The position numbers were made by a program, and so were the translations under genes. DNA of 64,000 nt from Eledone cirrhosa. Lineage: Eukaryota. This document shows positions 15,001 through 26,340 of the stretch, in pieces. Position 1 is the first letter of the stretch. Each line of letters opens with the position of its first letter. Location: contig OZ024742.1 in assembly GCA_964016885.1 (NCBI GenBank), positions 42,532,001 through 42,596,000 on the forward strand, given 5' to 3'. The notes under the pieces were generated by a model. That model was given only the letters and a program-made list of their open reading frames with translations. It did no database searches and was not told the DNA's origin.

Positions 15001-16876
15001 TATTAGATAGATGTACAGTGGGTGGGTAGCTATTAGATAGATGTACAGTGGGTGGATAGCTATTAGATAGATGTACAGTGGGTGGGTAGCTATTAGATAG
15101 ATGTACAGTGGGTGGATAGCTATTAGATAGATGTACAGTGGGTGGGTAGCTATTAGATAGATGTACAGTGGGTGGGTAGCTATTAGATAGATGTACAGTG
15201 GGTGGGTAGCTATTAGATAGATGTACAGTGGGTGGGTAGCTATTAGATAGATGTACAGTGGGTGGATAGCTATTAGATAGATGTACAGTGGGTGGGTAGC
15301 TATTAGATAGATGTACAGTGGGTGGGTAGCTATTAGATAGATGTACAGTGGGTGGGTAGCTATTAGATAGATGTACAGTGGGTGGGTAGCTATTAGATAG
15401 ATGTACAGTGGGTGGGTAGCTATTAGATAGATGTACGGTGGGTGGGTAGCTATTAGATAGATGTACAGTCGGTGGGTAGCTATTAGATAGATGTACAGTG
15501 GGTGGGTAGCTATTAGATAGATGTACAGTGGGTGGGTAGCTATTAGATAGATGTACAGTGGGTGGGTAGCTATTAGATAGATGTACAGTGGGTGGGTAGC
15601 TATTAGATAGATGTACGGTGGGTGGGTAGCTATTAGATAGATGTACAGTGGGTGGGTAGCTATTAGATTGAGGTACAGTGGGTGGGTAGCTATTAGATAG
15701 ATGTACAGTGGGTGGATAGCTATTAGATAGATGTACAGTGGGTGGGTAGCTATTAGATAGATGTACAGTGGGTGGGTTGCTATTAGATTGAGGTACAGTG
15801 GGTGGGTAGCTATTAGATTTAGGTACAGTGGGTGGGTAGCTATTAGATAGATGTACAGTGGGTGGGTAGCTATTAGATAGATGTACAGTGGGTGGGTAGC
15901 TATTAGATAGATGTACAGTGGGTGGGTAGCTATTAGATAGATGTACAGTGGGTGGGTAGCTATTAGATTGAGGTACAGTGGGTGGGTAGCTATTAGATAG
16001 ATATACAGTGGGTGGGTAGCTATTAGATTGAGGTACAGTGGGTGGGTAGCTATTAGATAGATATACAGTGGGTGGGTAGCTATTAGATTGAGGTACAGTG
16101 GGTGGGTAGCTATTAGATAGATATACAGTGGGTGGGTTGCTATTAGATTGAGGTACAGTGGGTGGGTAGCTATTAGATTGAGGTACAGTGGGTGGGTAGC
16201 TATTAGATAGATGTACAGTGGGTGGGTAGCTATTAGATAGATGTAAGGTGGGTGGGTAGCTATTAGATAGATGTACGGTGGGTGGATAGCTATTAGATAG
16301 ATGTACAGTGGGTGGGTAGCTATTAGATTGAGGTACAGTGGGTGGTAGCTATTAGATAGAGGTACAGTGGTGGGTAGCTATTAGATTGAGGTACAGTGGG
16401 TGGGTAGCTATTAGATAGATGTACAGTGGGTGGGTAGCTATTAGATAGATGTACGGTGGGTGGGTAGCTATTAGATAGATGTACAGTGGGTGGGTAGCTA
16501 TTAGATAGATGTACGGTGGGTGGGTAGCTATTAGATAGATGTACAGTGGGTGGGTAGCTATTAGATTGAGGTACTGTGGGTGAGTAGCTATTAGATAGAT
16601 GTACTGTGGGTGGGTAGCTGTTAGATAGATGTACGGTGGGTGGGTAGCTATTAGATAGATGTACAGTGGGTGGGTAGCTATTAGATTGAGGTACTGTGGG
16701 TGAGTAGCTATTAGATAGATGTACTGTGGGTGGGTAGCTATTAGATAGATGTACAGTGGGTGGGTAGCTATTAGATAGATGTACAGTGGGTGGGTAGCTA
16801 TTAGATAGATGTACAGTGGGTGGGTAGCTATTAGATTGAGGTACTGTGGGTGACTAGCTATTAGATTGAGGTACTG
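1..16876. repeat. 30-bp tandem satellite array, consensus ATTAGATAGATGTACAGTGGGTGGGTAGCT, ~560 copies, extends beyond window start
   Basis: Directly visible 30-nt periodicity; recurrent variants (TTGAGG for TAGATG; 26-, 28- and 31-bp units); ends at ...GAGGTACTG near 16876. Confidence 0.98.
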
Positions 16877-16879
16877 AGG

Positions 16880-17030
16880 AAGGAGCCCTGCCGATGGGGT
16901 GGCTGTTGTAGCAGGTGTCACTGGCCATTGCCTGCGGAAATGTCTTTGCAGTTTTGTCTGTGGGGTGCAACCGAAACACCGCCCCAACCTAAGCGAGAGT
17001 CTGTCACCCTCTTTTTCTTCCTTGCCCTTT
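16880..17030 (+). mobile_element. 3' end fragment of a CRE-like (RLE-type) non-LTR retrotransposon
   Basis: Manual translation WLL*QVSLAIACGNVFAVLSVGCNRNTAPT* (stop 16990-16992) resembles the L.QR.S.A..RGN...VL C-terminus of CRE-clade ORFs; clear nucleotide similarity to the reverse complement of 31740-31900. Confidence 0.65.
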
Positions 17031-17352
17031 CTTCATAGTCCTTGCTCTTTTCCCCCTTTTCCTCTAATTTATAGCATCTATACTTCTTTCCTTTATTTTC
17101 CTATACAGCCAGATCTGCCCTTCTTTACCCCGACCCCCTTTTTTCATTACTTAATTTTTTTTATCCTTTTTTAATATTTTTCATCATTGTATAATTTTTG
17201 TCTAAAATATAGTTGATCTACATTAGAAAGTTAAATTGCAATATCCTTGATTTATTTACACAATGATTTGAAAATCATCAGTGGCATCTGCCATTAGAGA
17301 TATGGTAACAAAAGGTATTTAAAGATAGTTCTAAGTAAAATAGAAGACTTAC

Positions 17353-17526
17353 CACTTCTAATTCTATATCACAAAATGTGATGCTGTAGATGTTCTCCTG
17401 GAGTGTGTTGTAATCAAAAGTTTGATACATTTGGTCTATATTTAAAGCAGCTATCTTGCGCCAGTCCACATGTTCTGTTTTGCGTCGAGTGGCCAGTACT
17501 GGATAGCTTCCTGCTGTTGGTGTCAT
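17353..17526 (-). CDS. DZIP1: DZIP1/Iguana-family ciliary protein, N-terminal coding exon (Dzip-like_N domain); gene continues leftward out of the window
   Basis: MTPTAGSYPVLATRRKTEHVDWRKIAALNIDQMYQTFDYNTLQENIYSITFCDIELEV matches the DZIP1/DZIP1L motif E.VDWRR...D.D......D..TLQENI..ITFC; GTAAG donor follows 17353 on minus; candidate acceptors give exon starts at 17550 or 17621. Confidence 0.85.
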
Positions 17527-18469
17527 GTTGCCAATAGTGACAGGTATACACTAAAAATATGTCCAACCAAGTAATGCAGTGTAGGCTACACCCAAAGACA
17601 GGCTAAACTCACATATTCAACCTGAAAGATCAAAGAAAAATAAACTTAGAAATAAATATATTCAAGAATGTTGTTTATAAGTGCTTTTTTATTTGGCAGG
17701 TCTGGAGGAAAGATTGATACTGTTGATGTTTTGATGAAATTGTTGCAGATCCACTCCTGTAAAAAAGATTTGAGCAGGGAGGGAGTTCCAGAAGGTCAAC
17801 ATTCTGACCAAGATGGCCTGGGTATAGTAGTTAGTGCAGGACCAGTTTCCACCATTTGATTTCCATTCACAAGGTATTGGTCAACTCAAGGCTATAAGTA
17901 GAAGATATTTGCCCAAGATGCCACACAATTATACTGAACTCAAAACATGTTTGTGAAGCAAACTCCTTAACTACACAGCCATGCCTATGCCTATATCCAT
18001 GTCTAATAATATTTTAGCACCCATGACCTCAGAGCCTCCTATGATTGGTGGGAGGGATGGAGGACTCGCAGATCAGAGACCTGGCATTAATGCTTTTAAC
18101 AGAGTGAACTCTTCTAAAGAAATCCAAGAGTAAGGTGGTAGTTTTATACCGGGCCATGGATTAAATATACCACACAACAACAGAAATGATTCTCTCTAGT
18201 GAGATTCCATTCAATTTCACTCACAAGATTTGACACGACTCGATGTTGTCATAAAAGACAATTGTCCAAGGTACCAAGCTGTGGGATTGAACCCAAAACT
18301 ATATAGTTGTAAACCATGTCTGCATTCAACTTCTTAACAGCACTGCAACTACAAGGATGATATTGCAATAGAGATAACAATAATTTATATTATAACTGTA
18401 CAGCACTACAATTTCTGCCAAATTTACCAGAGTGTTTTGCCTGGTGGTACTCTAATATTTCTGTTAAAA

Positions 18470-18617
18470 ACAATAATTGTTTCTACTTTAGGCACAAGGC
18501 CAGCAATTACCCAGTACATTACTGGTACTTTATTTTATCGACCCCGTAAGGATGAAAGGCAAAGTTAACCTCGGCGGGATTTGAACTCAGACTGTAAAGG
18601 GACGTAACTATGCTAGC
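18470..18617 (-). mobile_element. tRNA-derived SINE (family A), 5'-truncated
   Basis: B-box GAGTTCAAATCCCGCC, core TTGCCTTTCATCCTTACGGGGTCGATAAAATAAAGTACCAG and tail AAAGTAGAAACAATT on minus. Confidence 0.8.
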
Positions 18618-18804
18618 AAACAATAATGATTATAAAGATTTCATACTTAAAACGCAACCCTTCCACATGTAGTTGAAAGAGAGAATGGGTAATATTTTTC
18701 TTCCTTTTTTGTTTACTATTTAGTCAGGGAGTGAAGGGCAGTGAGGAAAGTATCCTCAAACTGGAGACCTGGCCTGAATGCTTGCAACAGAGTAAAAAAA
18801 GTGG

Positions 18805-19110
18805 GGTAAAGACCCCTTTTGGTCATGAATGAGCACGGGAGTTGCACCTAGAAAGCTTCCCTCTGCGGCATAAGTCCGAGCAAGGTTGTTTATGGAAGAC
18901 CAGCAGTTTCCCATGCATACTTGTCTCCCCTCTTCATGCCACTGATGTTGTCCAAGAGAAAGTCAATGGCCAATACAGCTTCGCATCAGTGATGTTGCAA
19001 CTCGTTTCTACAGCTGAGTGAACTAGAGTAACTTGAAATAAAGTGTCTAGCTCAAGAAAACAATGCAGAGCCTGGTCTGAGAATCGAACCCACAACCTCA
19101 CGATTGTAAA
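18805..19110 (-). mobile_element. tRNA-derived SINE (family B)
   Basis: Minus-strand head ...ATCGTGAGGTTGTGGGTTCGATTC (B-box); similar heads at ~40265, ~53660 and ~61700-61850. Confidence 0.55.
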
Positions 19111-19599
19111 CATCAGAGTAAATTCAACAAAAGGCACTCAAGAGCCAGGTGGTGGCATTAAATCAGTTGACAGAATAAGCCTATTGCGTAAGTAGGTCAC
19201 AGCAGAATTTGAATTCAGAATATAAAAAGCTGGAACAAATACCACAAATGTTGTCCAACACTAACAATTCCAGCAATCCATCATCCTAGACTGGTATTTT
19301 ATTTCATTCACATGCAAGACTTTTCTGAAATTCATTAACACTTTTGATGCCAAACTGCCATTGATGGTGGTAATTGAAGGAAGATAATGATGCTGATGAT
19401 GACGGTAATGATCATGTAGATGATGATTATGATGGGGAGAAATATTTCTCAACTATACAACAACAGTTATGTATAATACATCAACAGAAAATTTCTCGAA
19501 AAGACACTTAATCCACCATTTTTTCTGAATAGTAATGTTTGGTCAACTAGTAAAGTAAAACATAGTATACAAACAGCATATCTTAAGGGACAATCCACC

Positions 19600-20190
19600 T
19601 CATGGTCCCGGCTGACAGGAGAGAGAAGACATTTCCCCGAAGGATGACAAGGGAGACACACTGGAACAGCTACTCCACCTTGCGGAGCTTGTACTTACAG
19701 GTAGCCAGCTCCAATAGCAGTGAGCAGGGATGTAGTCCGGAGGCAAAGAACACCGAAAGCCTCCACCGTCACAGGTTCAACCACAAACATATCAGAGAGT
19801 GCCCGATACTTGGACAGTTTGCCCTTTTCAGTTTGCCAATGAAATCCTCTGAAAGACATTACCTACTGTGATGGGGTGTATACCACTGTCTTTCTTCTTG
19901 AGAACAGTGAAGCTGGCCAAAAAGAAGAGGCATTGGGAATAAGGGTCCAGGACACTGTGAATGAACCTGTTAATGAGGGCTACAATAGTGCTCAGCAGGC
20001 AACGCCTAGCTTTGGCAGTGAGGGGAGACAACAAGTCTTTGAGGTGGTTGGATTGGAGACCATTGGCACCTCCACTGCTGTTGGCAGGGAAAGACCTCAG
20101 AGCAGAGATGATGTCCTCCTTCGAGGCCATGTATAGCAGTTGAGAGTCAGGTGGGCGTATGGATCTGAGGTCTGCTGGTGGTTGAGTATA
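19600..20190 (-). mobile_element. Internally deleted CRE-like non-LTR retrotransposon (RT N-terminal segment joined to ORF C-terminus)
   Basis: ORF 19828-20130 SFPANSSGGANGLQSNHLKDL...KKDSGIHPITVG resembles RT domains 0-2 of CRE elements; directly followed by KYRALSDMFVVEPVTVEAFG and LFQCVSLVILRGNVFSLL (RLE C-terminus). Confidence 0.7.
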
Positions 20191-21147
20191 TTTGAGCTAG
20201 CTGACAAAACAGAAAAAAATTACAAAGACAAGGAAATCAAAGGCAATCAACCAGATAATAATGTCAGTTTCTACCGATGACAATATATGTAAAAAAAAAA
20301 TGGAGAAATTGTCCAAATATAAAGATCTAAAAATAGAAATAACCCCAATCTGAATGATGAAAGCAAGAAAAAATCCATGTAATAATAGGGAATTTGGGAA
20401 TTATACCCCCCCCCCCCCAAAAAAAATAACACACACACACAGATACAGACAACCAATCCCCAGGACTTATAAATAAATATACACAGCATTTAGAAAACAG
20501 CACCACTAGATACTGTACAAATATCAATAGAAATTAAATAACATGAAAAAGTTAACACTGCACATACCCAAGGCACTCAGAGTTGTGCTGAATAATGTAG
20601 TGACAGCATGTAAATGATAACTATAATAATAATAATCTATTAAATAGACACAGGGTTTGGAGGTTAGTCATATGATGATAACAGCTCTAATAGTTTCAGC
20701 ATTTAAGATAAACCTACATATTCTAAATCAACTTTAACCCTTCTGATACCAAACTGCCCCTAACTCTAAGTGACAAAGCTATTTATTTTTAAATATTCAT
20801 ATTTAAACCCACCATCATTATTTTATGTAAGAAAATTTTGCTGTTTCAAACACCAGCTTGACAAAAAAAAAGTTAGTTATTTTACTAAATCTCTACAAAT
20901 TCTTGATTATTTTAAAACTCATGAGCAGTGTCTTTCATTAGAAATATGGTAATGAAAGGTTTGACCCTTTAAACACCGATCTTCTATTAAAGTGTTCAAA
21001 TTTAAATTTAAATTTTGTGCTGAAATCTCTACATGATAGATAATATTAAAATTTAATAGTTAAACATTTTTTTTTATAATCAAGTTAAAAATTAGTTATT
21101 TCATTAAATCTCTCACAATTCTTTATTACTTACTAAAACACAATAAA

Positions 21148-21149
<2 letters not shown>

Positions 21150-21193
<44 letters not shown>
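21150..21193. repeat. (TA)n microsatellite
   Basis: Direct; similar tracts at 22108-22166, 44446-44482, 58820-58866, 61873-61924, 62115-62179, 62457-62519, 63168-63251. Confidence 0.95.
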
Positions 21194-21195
<2 letters not shown>

Positions 21196-22102
21196 AGATT
21201 TATTTTTCCCTTTAAGAAAAACAAAAATAATAGCAAAAACTATAACGCTTAACAAAAATCTTTAAAAATCTACAATATAATCAACAAATTCAATAAAAAA
21301 TTAAAGAAACTTACAGGTGTATGTATGTCTTTAAGTTAGTCCTTGTCTACCTTTCACAGACCCCCAACAACATTGATGGAAAGAGGTCAGACAGAGAAGG
21401 GAGCAACCAAGCAGATTTCCTGAGAAATGTATTTAAACCATGTGAGGTGTAAGATGTACCTTTATTTTTACTTCCTCTCCCTCACATATCTGCCCTCTAG
21501 TTACCAACACTAAAGCCTTAATTCAGCTAACAGGGTGTATAGCAGGTGGTGGTGGGGGAAGGTGTATTGTGTAGTGATGTTGAAGAGAAGGATACAGGTA
21601 GAAACCAAGTTAGTTGGTAGGTAGGAATGTAGAATACTGGTGTACCAGCAGCCAGAAAACACCAATTATCAACTAACAGGCCTTGCCTTACTTTCCTTGG
21701 CATGGACTGATCCTACCACCCTACCACCCCTGGGCAAGGGGATTATGTGTACATGAAATAGACTATGTATATGCTTAGATGTAGCTACATCTATGATGAT
21801 GATGATGCATATATGTATATATGTGTGTATGTGTGTGTACATAAGCATATGTAAGCATGTATGTTTAGATATACATGTGTGTATATGTTTGTGTAGTTAT
21901 GTGTTCTTTTAGGTGTTTATGTCTCTATATCAGCATATGTATGTGTATATAGACATGCATTTAGATGTAGGTATGTATATTATAATGATGCATGTATGTA
22001 TATTTGTATGTATGTAAGTATATATATATATATATATAGTGCAAATTTAGACGGGAACAAAACAGAGAGGCAGACAAATAAAGGTTTATTAGGTTCACGC
22101 TC

Positions 22103-22169
<67 letters not shown>

Positions 22170-22444
22170 ATGTATATCCTGTTTTTTTTAAATAGATACA
22201 CCATATCCCTAATGTAGTAATAGATGACTAATAGAGTTGACATCAAGAGAGGCATCCAGTTGTAAAACATTATCTCAAAACATCTCATCCGACCCATACC
22301 AGAATGGAAAAGTGATGATGATATATATTTGTATATATGTAGATATGTACATTTGTGTGTATATATCTATGTGTAACTCTGTATATTTTAGTTGTTTTTG
22401 ACTATATACAGTCATATGTATGTGTATATAAGCATACATTTAGA

Positions 22445-22850
22445 TGGTTTCTGATTTAAGCACAAGGCCAACAAAATTTGGGGAAAGGGAAAGTCGATTA
22501 AATCAACCCAGTGCATTACTGGTACTTTATTTTATCAACCCCCTAAGGATGAAAGGCAAGGTTAACATCAGCAGGATTTGAACTCAGAACGTAAAGGGCC
22601 GCAACTCGATGTCGTTAAGCATGTTGTCCAATGCTCTACCGATTCTGCCAATCCACATAATAATTGTTTCTACTTTTTGCACAAGGCCAGGAATTATCCC
22701 AGTGCATTACTGGTACTTTATTTCATCGACCCCGTAAGGATGAAAGGCAAAGTTAAACTTGGCAGGATTTGAACTCAGACCATAAAGGGCCGTAACTCTT
22801 TATTGCAAAGCATGGCGTCCGACTCTACCGATACTGCCAATCCACATAAT
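22445..22850 (-). mobile_element. Two head-to-tail SINE family A copies
   Basis: Two A-box (TGGCAG.ATCGGTAGAG)/B-box/core/tail sets on minus. Confidence 0.8.
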
Positions 22851-23119
22851 AATGATGTGTACATATATATGTAACACATTATAAAGTCTATATAAAAAAT
22901 ATTAAAAACAACCAAGTGTATGGTGATAATGGTGAGTGTGTACGTATATACAGATGAAACAATTCCCAAATCCTCACCTGCTAGTATACCCCTGACTTCT
23001 TTGCCTAACCCATGCATGGAAAGTTAGGACAAACTTTGACTGACTCACCTTGCTTGCTGAACCAGTGCACCCTCACCCACAACCCAAGAAAGCCAAGCAC
23101 ACCCCAAAATGATAGACAA

Positions 23120-23270
23120 GTTAGGAAGGGCATCCAGCTGTAGAAACCATGTTCCCAGTATATGCTGTAAATTGGTTGGTGTTAGGAAGGGCATCCAGCT
23201 GTAGAAACCATGTTCCCAGTATATGCTGTAAATTGGTTGGTGTTAGGAAGGGCATTCAGCTGTAGAAACC
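23120..23270. repeat. ~62-bp tandem repeat (x2.5) of a dispersed-repeat fragment GTTAGGAAGGGCATCCAGCTGTAGAAACC
   Basis: Direct; same motif inverted at ~57865-57895 and ~58970-59000. Confidence 0.8.
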
Positions 23271-24044
23271 AAACCAAAAAACAAAGCATACTAACAGGAC
23301 CTACTCACCTGACCAGTCAAGCCTCAGCACATAACTTGTCTAACCCATGCAAGCATGAAAAATAGACATTAAATGGTGATGATGATGATATATATATATC
23401 ATCCTCATCATTTAACGTCCATCTTCCACGCTAGCATGGGTCTATATATATGTGAGTGTGCATGCATGTGAGTGAATGTATGCATGTTTGTATGTGTGTG
23501 TGTGATCATTATCAATCATCCTATTATGTCTTTTTCCATGTTTGCATAGGTCGGAGAGGTTTCTTCGAGCACATCCTCTTTCTACTTGTCATATACCTTC
23601 ATCATATCCTCTGTGAGGGTCAGTGTTTTAAGATCTGCTCTCATCACCCCTGCCAAGTCCTTCCTCTATTGCAGCTTCTTTTCATTAAAGACTTCTAACA
23701 CTTCTTCATCCAATAATCATCCATATGAATCATATACAAACAGTCTTCTCTCTTGCACACTACATTATTCACATAATTCTATATTTACTATTATATTTTC
23801 ATGGTAAAGGATTTACCTCACATAATATCGAATCTATGAGATTTTGAAAGTATTTATTTTGAGAACAATAACTTATCAGTTTGAGTGACCAGTTACAGCC
23901 AGTTTGAACAGAAAGAGGTAGAGAATTCTGGCCGGTTTGAACATTAAAGGGTTAATTCCTCATGTACCCAGTTTTTTGCTTAGCTAATCCATGCATATTA
24001 ATGTACATCCATCAGAGCGTGTTCATTCGATTTCTCTCCAGCAG

Positions 24045-24570
24045 TGGATTGGCAGTATCGGTAGAGCGTTAGACACCATGCTTTGCAGCATTGAGTTATG
24101 GCCCTTTATGTTCTGAGTTTAAATCCTGCTAAAGTTAGCTGTCTTTCATCCTTATGGGGTCGATGAAATAAAGCACCAGTAAGTACTGGAGTCGATTTAA
24201 TCGACTTTCCCGTCCCCCCACCTAAATTGCTGGCCTTGTGCCTATAGTAGAAGCATTATTATTACTAGGGCTTTGCCTTTCATCCTTACGGGGTCGATAA
24301 AATAAAGTACCAGTAATGCACTGGGTAATTGCTGGCCTTGTGCCTAAAGTAGAAACAATTATTATTATTACTAGGGCGATGGATTGGCAGTATCGGTAGA
24401 GGGTCGGACGCCATGCTTTGCAGCACAGTTACGTCCCTTTACGGACTGAGTTCAAATCCCGCCGAAGTTAACTTTGCTTTCATACTTACGGGGTCGATAA
24501 AATAAAGTACCAGTAATACACTGGAATAATTGCTGGTCTTGTGTCAAAAGTAGAAACAATTATTATTATT
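24045..24570 (+). mobile_element. Three tandem SINE family A copies (middle one 5'-truncated)
   Basis: Repeated GATTGGCAGTATCGGTAGAG...GAGTTCAAATCC...AGTAGAAACAATT with ATT-repeat tails. Confidence 0.8.
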
Positions 24571-24581
24571 ACTACTATATA

Positions 24582-24742
24582 CAGGTAAAATTCCGTTATA
24601 ACAAATTTTTCAGTATAACGAAAATTTTTTCAATCCCCAGCCACACGCTCGATGTGTTATGTCGATCTCGTTATAAAGAATTTTTCGTTACAACGAAGTT
24701 TTTCTTATACCCCTTGAATTTCGTTATAACGGAATTTCACTG
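24582..24742. mobile_element. pogo/Tigger-like MITE
   Basis: TA|CAGGTAAAATTCCGTTATA ... TATAACGGAATTTCACTG|TA: imperfect terminal inverted repeats with TA target duplication. Confidence 0.75.
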
Positions 24743-26282
24743 TATGTGTATTAGAGAGAGAGAGGGGGGTATTTATGAAGAAGAAAATGTAAGACAATGA
24801 AATGGAGTAGTAGGGATGGTGATGATGGCAATGGTGGTGGTAGCAGCTACAGTGGCCAGTAATTGAAAGCCAAGATTCCTTAGCAAGAAGTAGTGGGGGG
24901 GGGGGGGGTAGTAAGCCTAACCTGATCTTTGAGGCTGATCAACCCCAACATTCCAGTCTATGGTCTCTCATGTACTCGGTTAGTCCAGAGCATCTGATAT
25001 GGGTGGTGACTGATAGATAGCAGTAATAGAGCTGATTGCGGTGGCAATGGTGGCAGATTGAAAATTACGAAGGTCAAGGAAAACTCAAGGTTCGAAGCAT
25101 CTTCACATGAACATGAATGCTGTCACCAAGGAATTATTAAATTGTTTCTTCTTTTGGCACAAGGTCAGCAATTATCTCATTGCATTACTGATGAAAGGCA
25201 AAGCTAACCTCGTCAGGATTTGTGCTCAGACCGTAAAGGAATGATTAAATTGATGTTTGTTTTTATATACACCCCGCTGTTTATGACGGGTATTATGCTA
25301 ATGTATATATATACCCACAAAGATAGAAAGGGAAAGATTTTGGCAGAGAATGCTGCATTTTAGAACATTTAAAACATTCGCCTTCACCTTTTTTGTCTTT
25401 TGTTTCATGAATTCTAAATGAAAATTAAATTTAGAACCGTTTTATGATATTGCAGCGTCCACTACTGTTATTACAATAGATTCATTATTTGTAAAAACAA
25501 CTTTAGCACGTAAAATGTGTTGTATGCGGGCGTGTATAAGCGTAGAATTCAGTGCGTGTCAATAAATATCCGAGTAACCGACGAAAGAAACTATACATAT
25601 AATTATGACAGAAGAACTGTCAACTCTCCATGTCGGACGGAGAGATCTTCCACCCACTTTGGGGTGGGTGAGAGATGTTTTCTCTTGTGAAAATGGGTAT
25701 AGCTTTCTTTATGTAAAATCTCCCCATTTTGCCTAATTTCTCCTCGTTTTGGGGCACCTTTTTTCATGGTACTCCCCGTTTGGATTTTAAGGGGTTGGCC
25801 TGTCTGTGATAGTGATAAAGTCATTAAGCAAATGAATGGAAACATTTATAAATGGAACTGAAATGGTCGTTAAAAGAACTTTGAAAACTGGTTTCAATTC
25901 TACCGCGAATATTCCATACTTTAATATTTGAAGAAACTCCAAATTTCAAATAAACAATTAAATTTTAAGTTTAAAAAATTATAAAATAATAAGTAAGTGT
26001 TTTAATAAAATTAATAAAACTCTTCGAAATTAGAATATTGCTGAGTTCCACAAGTTTCAAAAAGTTAGTGCTCCCCCGCCCCACACATACCAAAATTATT
26101 CCTCGCCATTTCCACAGACATTGTCGGCAGGCAGTGTGTTGAAGAAGAGAAAAAGTTGAAGGTGGTAAGACGATAAAGAGGAATTAATTTAACGAGAATT
26201 GAAGAAACGAATGAAATTCTTTGGTTTGGTTACCTTTTTACGTGTATGTTTGAATCGTCATGATATCTTATGGTAGTGCTGA

Positions 26283-26340
26283 TAAACAAACTTGTCAGTG
26301 TTACATTAACGACGCCGTTACCACGTTAACCATAAACAAT
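26283..26340 (-). promoter_or_regulatory. Candidate DZIP1 promoter: X-box-like site flanked by forkhead motifs
   Basis: GTTACCACGTTAAC (26317-26330, one mismatch to GTNRCC-N0-3-RGYAAC) between TAAACAAA (26283-26290) and TAAACAAT (26333-26340); minus-strand donor AAG|GTAACC after 26234; CTTCCGG ETS site at 26541. Confidence 0.4.

Noticed and set aside
1-16876. CRISPR array
   Set aside because: Contiguous repeats without unique spacers, no cas genes, eukaryotic intron-containing context.
1-16876. Telomeric repeat
   Set aside because: G-rich but not (TTAGGG)n or a similar short unit; it lies downstream of a gene exon whose remaining exons should be further left.
1229-16987. Long minus-strand ORFs (739, 2338, 694, 211 aa) of (VHLSNSYPPT)n / (YIYLIATHPL)n
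   Set aside because: The 30-bp unit simply lacks stops in two frames; 26-, 28- and 31-bp variants switch frames freely, so there is no sign of coding constraint; read-through from the DZIP1 exon stops at 17278.
24372-24470. tRNA genes at A-box/B-box motifs
   Set aside because: Each is followed by the SINE core and tail; no intact cloverleaf seen.
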